NCBI GenBank assembly: GCA_030691545.1
Contig: JAUYEE010000291.1
Coordinates: 147-64,146 of the forward strand
Length of the DNA stretch: 64,000 nt
DNA from: a bacterium
Lineage (GTDB): Bacteria; Auribacterota; JABMQX01
Reading direction: 5' to 3'
Both the position numbers and the translations under genes were made by a program. Positions within the stretch are counted from its first letter, which is position 1. The number at the start of each line of letters is the position of its first letter. The notes beneath the pieces are model-generated. The model ran no database searches. It saw only the letters and a list, made by a program, of their open reading frames with translations, and had not been told where the DNA came from. Shown here piece after piece: positions 58,901 to 64,000 of the stretch.

Positions 58901-61160
58901 TGGAAGCGCTGTCGCTTATGACGTTGTATCCGCGTGCGAGGTGCTCTCCGTCGGAGTAAGGCTCGCCGGCGGAGGGCAGTTTGCCGTCCTGGGAGATGGG
59001 AATGTAGTTGCTGCCTTGATTTCGAATCGCAACAACGACGCCCGGGGAGAGGGAAAGAGTCCCGGTGAACTGGAGGGTAACGTTGTCAACGAAAACGTCA
59101 ACCCGGTTGTGGTGGTATCCGATGTCCAGCGGACCGGTATCGTAAGCCGTCTTGGTCCAGGTGGTGTTGCCGGGCGATGCCGAGCTGCCGTAGACCTGGT
59201 CTTTCTCGCCTGGCGCAGCCCCGTAGGGGGGCGCAATGACGGTATAGGTATCTCCGGGAAACACGTTCTGGGCGTTGGTCTCGCTGCCGTTGTCGCGCAC
59301 GAGCTTGCCGCCGCCATCCTCATCGTTGATGTAGTAGTCGCCGAGGTCCGGGACGTTCAGGTCGTCTGCCGCTGTGGCGTACGGATTCACAGAAAGTTGC
59401 AAGTTGTTTCCGCCACTTGGGACACCGTACCAGGGGTATTGACAATTGTAGAAGCGATTGTGGTGCATGCTGAAGTTGTAGTTCAGCGAGCCATATACGC
59501 CGTAGGTGCTGCCGGTCAGGAGGTTGTCCTTGACCTCATAGGCGCAGGTGTCGTAAGCATAGACGCCCCAATTGCACAGGTCTATCGTATTGTTGGCTAC
59601 GAACCCGTTCTCCGGGGACGTGCGGGTGGTCTCGTAAAGGGAGATGCCGCTGTACGAATCCGCGACGAGGTTGTTGAAGCAGGCGACGTTGCAGTGGTCA
59701 AGGGTGATGCCCGTATCGTAGACGTGCATGACGATGTTGTTGGCGACCGGCAAGGTGAGATTCACTCCATAGTCGTAGACGCCGTACGCGGGATAGGCGA
59801 TTTTGCACTGGCTGACCTCGGAGTCCGTTGAGGAGCCATTGGCGAGGTAAACGGCCATGTAGTAGTCATCCGGCTGGGGGTTGCCGCCCGAGCCGGGGAC
59901 TGTCTCGCCGCAACTGTTGTCATTGGAGCTGGTGAACGTGATGAAATTCCAGGGTTCGCCCCGCGCGAGAAGCTTTCCGCTTACCGATAACCAGCCGTTC
60001 GGTTTGAACTTGACGGTCGTCCCTGGTTCGATGGTGAGGGTGCCGTTCACATAGACAGGTCCCTCGACGACGTAGGTATTCCTTGCCTCCCAGGTTTGGT
60101 CCTGGATGGAGCCGCCGGAGACAAAGACAAGGTAGTCGAGGAGGACCGGGAAAGAGGCGCCGAAGAAAAGGCTGTAAGGGATGGTCTCCACGAGGAACGT
60201 CTCGCCGTTGGCGTCCCTCGCGACACATTTCTCGACCCAGTCGGATCGCCGGAGGGCGCCGGCAGCGGGAGAATCGTACGCGCGCGAGCGGATGAAAGAG
60301 AAAAGGGAAGCGTTCGCCCCGGGTGCGTAGCAGGATAGCTCGCAGAGCGGCTCAGTGACCGCGCCCGGAGAGGGCAGTGGCACTTCTCCACGCAGCGTTT
60401 TCAGGCGAAGGTCGCACTCCGCGGCTAACTCGTCAAAGTTGACCTTGCTATACACGGAGAGCTTCGCGGTATTAGGGTCGAGTCCATCGGGTAGAACCGG
60501 CCGTGCGCTGAAAACCACGTTCTGGTGAAGTTCGCCGTAGCCCACGACGTATTCCACGTGCGTTCCCACGCCTAATGCGTCCGCGAAGGAGACAAGCGAC
60601 GAGTTGCCTTCCGGCGCCCGCGCCTGTGCATCGGCGTCCAGAGATGCGAGCTGCTCCGACTTCGCGGCATCCCACACGATGATCCGGGAAGGGCACGCAC
60701 GCAGACTCACGCCGTTCACAGCGAGCACAGCGCCTGCGTTCGCCTTTGCTCCCACTGACACTGAGAAGGAGTTTCTGTCCGCGACGTAGCCCTCGGGCGT
60801 GGGTCGGAACTCGGGGACCGAGGGGACCATCACCCCGGGTGAAACCTCATAGCACAGGTTGGTTGCCGTATGAACGATCCGGTTTTCAGTCTCGCGGTGC
60901 TCAATCCTGCCATCGGGATAAGTGACCTCGAGATCGCGAACGATCCCAAAAACACGGGTGCTCCTGTCTCTTAACGAGAGGATTTCGCCGGGTTCGCGGC
61001 AGGCTAAGACGTTGACGGTTGGAGCAACAGAGCTCATCGGCTCATCTGAATCGCTCGCCGTAAGTCGCCCTCCCCCAGAGAGTTGCAGAATGAGAAGTGC
61101 GGTTGCGGAAAGGAGAATGGACAAACGAATCCCCGTGCTTTTGAAGTTGCTCTTTTTCAT
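55926..61160 (-). CDS. Giant secreted multidomain protein (~1744 aa): beta-helix regions, LamG/concanavalin-like domain, NHL-repeat beta-propeller
   Basis: Start is taken at ATG 61160, which has a strong GGAAGGAGGGG RBS (MKKSNFK + TM/signal). The LamG-like segment is ISAWVYATGQ...RWHHVAMTWDG...LRLYYDGEEV. The NHL repeats are GLALDAQNRLYVVDEANDRIQVF, ...YVNDRGNHRIQKF and FVNLEGICCDGDGNIWVVDAG. Confidence 0.75.
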   Translation of the reverse strand: MKKSNFKSTGIRLSILLSATALLILQLSGGGRLTASDSDEPMSSVAPTVNVLACREPGEILSLRDRSTRVFGIVRDLEVTYPDGRIEHRETENRIVHTATNLCYEVSPGVMVPSVPEFRPTPEGYVADRNSFSVSVGAKANAGAVLAVNGVSLRACPSRIIVWDAAKSEQLASLDADAQARAPEGNSSLVSFADALGVGTHVEYVVGYGELHQNVVFSARPVLPDGLDPNTAKLSVYSKVNFDELAAECDLRLKTLRGEVPLPSPGAVTEPLCELSCYAPGANASLFSFIRSRAYDSPAAGALRRSDWVEKCVARDANGETFLVETIPYSLFFGASFPVLLDYLVFVSGGSIQDQTWEARNTYVVEGPVYVNGTLTIEPGTTVKFKPNGWLSVSGKLLARGEPWNFITFTSSNDNSCGETVPGSGGNPQPDDYYMAVYLANGSSTDSEVSQCKIAYPAYGVYDYGVNLTLPVANNIVMHVYDTGITLDHCNVACFNNLVADSYSGISLYETTRTSPENGFVANNTIDLCNWGVYAYDTCAYEVKDNLLTGSTYGVYGSLNYNFSMHHNRFYNCQYPWYGVPSGGNNLQLSVNPYATAADDLNVPDLGDYYINDEDGGGKLVRDNGSETNAQNVFPGDTYTVIAPPYGAAPGEKDQVYGSSASPGNTTWTKTAYDTGPLDIGYHHNRVDVFVDNVTLQFTGTLSLSPGVVVAIRNQGSNYIPISQDGKLPSAGEPYSDGEHLARGYNVISDSASMSMKIESPFRGDATNPRIFLLGAPSRVNYTIFQWLGNPGLYLAGALSTPLFHNVFALCSLGVYADERDDQFNNNLFCENDVGCYVLRGHYTLYNSTLDRNSRGIEYQRGSYSALTVKDSLFTHNSTGIYLSGSSGDLLDSYNAFYGNTLRIWDSTTGQPVDPGLNSINLVSSPYSAPTSPDWTARYRLNQDCPLIDAGSRTSIEPGLDIFTTASDGRPDFGSVPEGEKGNTVDIGYHFPIGGPEGILYQGYRQTDIALRWNNMTDGCLRAFSFDGHARDEMGNEDGVASSLTYGYYRYTGSDPYRAKYDYNQCAIFDGSTRKVNIGNAPDLQMGQMGSGTISAWVYATGQGDGASPTIFFKGANDGEASRWLCLTDVSTQNGTARLYGYIRWTTPAEATSAPFPFLKTVSERRWHHVAMTWDGASSPHPLRLYYDGEEVASSSGSGSLVPDSNHNALIGATLVGGQEGNHFKGYVADVFIYKRVLLADEIRCLALNGDYYPGHPEEEWLVTPNTSAMGEYENFPLGQMQSAVYAVEDSQNNIWVSEFGVPRVTKLNQLGEISASIGGKKFEVDETDPELEGPDRCFYGPWGLALDAQNRLYVVDEANDRIQVFNAEGDFQSRYVWGSDGADDGQFNFPICVAVRDVNDDTKWVYVNDRGNHRIQKFAFYPNQPGGPGHEHLWSVGEEFTGEDEGSRGHDQFVNLEGICCDGDGNIWVVDAGTGHDKNFLKKFRPDGTFENDPAWRIYRDYGTHDLDVIAHGVDYHAGQLYLSFGELDPDEHYYIVYDPSLPEGEETVRKWGTLGSLPTQNVSGWGSHITPRATLLSTDWLGCKVLEWNLNGSWIRTFQSSLRSDAQSIKCTNHTKYEGSPYPQGQPKQAYQTTILSQGSHKIEFLAYTDGDPVGIADVLPYAAYTGQSANQVGIVSWENYVITEVDIPNKNDCQAAYVWGTFSVPADKTALPWKVGVEVKANDSADKPRLVYIASLRCSEQ

Positions 61161-61374
61161 GGTGCCCCTCCTTCCGAATCGAGGGTTAATCATTGCCCCT
61201 TTTTCTATGGTTGCAACATACCACCGGTTCCCCGCGCAGTCAAGGCCTTTTTTCACCGCTCAACGCCCCACCCGTGTGCACGCTTACGCCTATCCAAAAA
61301 CCGCCGGATTCTGTACAATCGTGACCTCGGAGAGAGATTGGGTGTCGCAATCCTGCGGATTCTGAGGAGGGCAC

Positions 61375-62082
61375 ATGAACATCCGTGCAATGGATAAGGA
61401 CTTTGTGTTGTTCCGGTGTGTTCACTGGGGGCCGCTCAGCCCATCGAACATTGAAACCGCGCCCGCGAACATACCCGGGCTACTGGAGGGACAGTTTGAG
61501 AGGAACAGGCGATTTCTCACCCGAGTAATTGACGCTTACGGGTCGTGTGGCATGCTGGCGATGGACAGGGAGTTCGTTGTCGGCCACGTCAGATTCTATC
61601 CCCAGGCAATCTGCGACCAGCACAGATTCTGCTGCCAGGACCCGAACAACGCTATAAAGCAGGAAATGGTTGAGATGAACCTTCCTAAGATCGAGAATCC
61701 GGCGAAGCGGATTCTTCGCATTGACTGCATCCTCGTGCACGAGGATTATCGCGGACGGGGCCTCAGCCACGCTCTTCTCGACGGCGTGCTTGAATGGGCG
61801 CGAGAGCACAACTGGACGGCCGTGAGAGCCTGGGCAAGTCCTGACAATTACTGGCTCGCTTCTCAGATATGCGCCCCCATGTTGCGCACGTACCTCAAAC
61901 ATGGGTTTGAAAAGGCAGAAACCGCCCCTTCCTCTGAAATAAGAGACCTGATAAGAGACCTCTTGACGAAGATTCGAGACGGGGAAATGGGCGCCGAGAA
62001 GAAAAAGGAATTTCAACAATTCTGCGGCGGACAGGATTTATCTGAAATTGCGACCTACTACGAGGTCGAGCGGCAATTATAG
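61375..62082 (+). CDS. GNAT-family N-acetyltransferase
   Basis: The acetyl-CoA binding motif is ILVHEDYRGRGLSHALLDGVLEWARE. GGAGGGCACATG RBS. Confidence 0.6.
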   Translation: MNIRAMDKDFVLFRCVHWGPLSPSNIETAPANIPGLLEGQFERNRRFLTRVIDAYGSCGMLAMDREFVVGHVRFYPQAICDQHRFCCQDPNNAIKQEMVEMNLPKIENPAKRILRIDCILVHEDYRGRGLSHALLDGVLEWAREHNWTAVRAWASPDNYWLASQICAPMLRTYLKHGFEKAETAPSSEIRDLIRDLLTKIRDGEMGAEKKKEFQQFCGGQDLSEIATYYEVERQL

Positions 62083-62244
62083 AAGCCCCTGGTGAGGCGG
62101 AAGATTGCCGACGATGCAGGGTGGCCGCCAAGGGTGCTTCTCGCTCCTGCCGCCGTACGCTCGTGTCAAACAGGAAGCAGATTCTGGCGAGAGTGTTGCC
62201 CGGCTTCTGCAATTCACGGTAACCCGCTAAAGACCTTCTGCGCG

Positions 62245-63489
62245 TCACTTCTTCTGCCGTCGGAGCTCCTCTGCCATGGACTTGATTTCGACGAGGTCGG
62301 TGTTCATGGCGCTCCAGCCGTACCAGAGAGAGTAGTCGGGGTTGTTGTGGAACGCTCCCTGGAATGTCCGCATACGGTGCTCCATGAACATGATGAAGAG
62401 CTTTTGTTCGATGGGGGTCGGCGCATTGTGGAAGGTTAAGAGGTCCGGGAAAGCGGCGGTATATCCTTCGGGTTTCTTGAGAAGGCCGTCCCTGTAAAGG
62501 TCCGCGACTGTGCGAATAGCTTCCGCGAGAAGACGGTCGGCTCGCTTGATCATGCCGTCACCCTTCTCAAGCTCGTTCTTGACATATTTCTCTGCGTGGC
62601 ACTGCGAGCAGGTTTTGACCATCTTGTCCCGCTCTTTTTGCCAATCCTCTTGCGTCAGCCGCGCTACATTCCCCACTTTCACGACCTCGAGCCGGGGCGT
62701 AGGCTTTCCTTCCGGGTCGAGAACGCCGAGAGCCTGGAGGATTGTCGCGCGGTCCGCCGCCCACTCCTTATCCTCCGGCATGGGCAGGCGAACCGCGAGA
62801 AATCCCCACGCCGTCATGTTCGTGTGATCGCCTTTGGGCATGTGGCAGGTCTGGCAGGTCGGCGCCGCGGCGGTTTCGGGAAGAATCCCCCTGGCTTTCA
62901 ACGCATGCCGAACGCCATGCTTCGATGAGCTGTACATCTCGTATTGCGGATGGTCAAAACCCATGTGGCAGGTTTGGCAGGCTTCAGGTTGCTGAGCCTC
63001 CTTCTTCGAGAAAAGATGCCGTGTGTGGCACGAGTCGCACGAGACGACCCCGTAAGTCTCCCCTTCTTTCTTGAGCCGCTCGAGTTCCGCATCCTCCTTG
63101 AGTCCGATCTTGTGGCATCCGCCGCAGCCCTTCTTCCCTTCAATCAACTCCATCGGCTGAAAGTGAACCGTGGGCATCGCGTTCATGGCAACCCAGGCGA
63201 GGGCATGTTTCCCCTTCTTGAACTGGGTCAACTGGTCGAAATGACAGGAGCCGCAGAAGTGAGCCGTCGGGATGGTCGCCTTGTCATAGTCCTCGGCGGT
63301 CGTATGTTCCTCGCCGTGGCAGATGTCGCACGTCATCCCCAACTCGGTGTGCTTGCCTTTCTCCCAGTCGGCGACGATCTCTGGCTGAATCTTCTTGTGA
63401 CACTCGACGCAAGTTGACCCAAAGCCCTTCCCACCGACCGACAAAACCATCGCGAAACCAATCGGCAGAACGAAATGAAGCCGCAGCAT
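62245..63489 (-). CDS. Secreted octaheme c-type cytochrome (8 CxxCH), HAO/multiheme-reductase-like
   Basis: A signal peptide is followed by CVECH, CDICH, CGSCH, CGGCH, CDSCH, CQTCH, CQTCH and CSQCH. A C-terminal helical region is present. GGAGGAAGG RBS. Confidence 0.8.
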   Translation of the reverse strand: MLRLHFVLPIGFAMVLSVGGKGFGSTCVECHKKIQPEIVADWEKGKHTELGMTCDICHGEEHTTAEDYDKATIPTAHFCGSCHFDQLTQFKKGKHALAWVAMNAMPTVHFQPMELIEGKKGCGGCHKIGLKEDAELERLKKEGETYGVVSCDSCHTRHLFSKKEAQQPEACQTCHMGFDHPQYEMYSSSKHGVRHALKARGILPETAAAPTCQTCHMPKGDHTNMTAWGFLAVRLPMPEDKEWAADRATILQALGVLDPEGKPTPRLEVVKVGNVARLTQEDWQKERDKMVKTCSQCHAEKYVKNELEKGDGMIKRADRLLAEAIRTVADLYRDGLLKKPEGYTAAFPDLLTFHNAPTPIEQKLFIMFMEHRMRTFQGAFHNNPDYSLWYGWSAMNTDLVEIKSMAEELRRQKK

Positions 63490-63718
63490 CTTCCTTCCTC
63501 CAATTTTCGGAATGTCCGGTTGTCAGGCAAAAGACGCGGCGAATTCTACGAGAAGCTCCCTGCCGTGTCAAGACGACAGTCCGGTACGAGCCCCATCAAG
63601 CGCCGCGCGTGGGAACATTCCTGGGAAGAAAGGGTCAAAAACAAGAAGAGTAACCTGACAGTCTCCCTCTGCCGTCGAGAAGCAAGCAGGCTGCCCGTTA
63701 ACACAAGGAGAAATAGCC

Positions 63719-64000
63719 ATGTGGACAACGAACGCGAGAGTTTTCTGTAACCTTTCGGACCCGTGCGTCGCGTTGCCCGCAAACCTGTGCGTGCAATCGG
63801 TGTTTCTGATTGTCACGTGCATGGTCATCGCTCAGCTTAACCGCCTCAAGCGAGGGTCACTCTATCCATCTGTCTGGCGCCTGGGACTCACTGTAGGAGT
63901 TCTTGCCCTCTGTGCAATTGCTGTCCTCGGTCCGATCGCTGACAAGAACGCTCCTTCCGCAGCGAATGAAGAGACCGGAGAGCAAGGAACAATAGAAGAA
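63719..64000 (+). CDS. Partial (5' end only) hypothetical membrane protein running off the window
   Basis: ATG 63719 opens a frame with no stop to the window end. Hydrophobic segments are VFLIVTCMVIAQL and LTVGVLALCAIAVLGPI. Confidence 0.3.
   Translation, partial: MWTTNARVFCNLSDPCVALPANLCVQSVFLIVTCMVIAQLNRLKRGSLYPSVWRLGLTVGVLALCAIAVLGPIADKNAPSAANEETGEQGTIEE

Noticed and set aside
56598-59831. 449-aa and 398-aa plus-strand ORFs
   Set aside because: They are antisense to the 1744-aa NHL/LamG/beta-helix gene.
1-64000. CRISPR arrays, transposases, integrases, prophage genes
   Set aside because: I scanned for regularly spaced direct repeats and for DDE/tyrosine-recombinase motifs and found none. 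The only repetitive DNA is the modular hairpin family reported above.

Overview
This is a high-GC (~60%), gene-dense bacterial chromosomal window. Almost all spacing is taken by long GC3-rich ORFs with Shine-Dalgarno-like GGAGG motifs upstream. The gene content suggests a PVC-superphylum (Planctomycetota-like) genome, though that is inference only. Supporting features are two Tat-signal 'xylose-isomerase-like TIM barrel' proteins, giant secreted beta-helix/NHL/LamG and LTD+CotH proteins, a very long multi-PAS histidine kinase and an octaheme cytochrome c. About 40 protein genes and one tRNA-Asn(GTT) are supported. They include a small pectin/rhamnogalacturonan-type locus (PL11 lyase, Na+/solute symporter, GHMP sugar kinase), a 4-gene phosphorelay operon (hybrid HK, two tandem paralogous CheY-like RRs, a 1476-aa multi-PAS HK) and housekeeping genes (UvrB, MnmG, ATP-dependent PEP carboxykinase, NRAMP, flavodoxin). 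There is no CRISPR array, transposase or integrase. The most interesting signals are listed here. (1) A compact two-gene module at 32.6-34.4 kb: an SMC/ABC-type AAA_21 ATPase followed 15 nt later by a small Toprim-like protein, i.e. a split OLD-nuclease-like candidate defence system. (2) A previously unannotated family of modular intergenic repeats at ~18.5, ~37.3 and ~43.6 kb, sharing near-identical hairpin modules in both orientations. (3) A secreted beta-helix adhesin-like gene interrupted exactly at a G9 homopolymer, pointing to phase variation or a sequencing error. (4) A conserved ~85-aa C-terminal module ending RFYR[VIL] shared by three large secreted proteins, possibly a sorting tag. 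(5) A perfect G-quadruplex motif between two convergent genes. (6) A CdaZ-like diadenylate cyclase next to an FmdB zinc ribbon. Product calls rest on motifs recognised by eye from the translations. No database searches were run.
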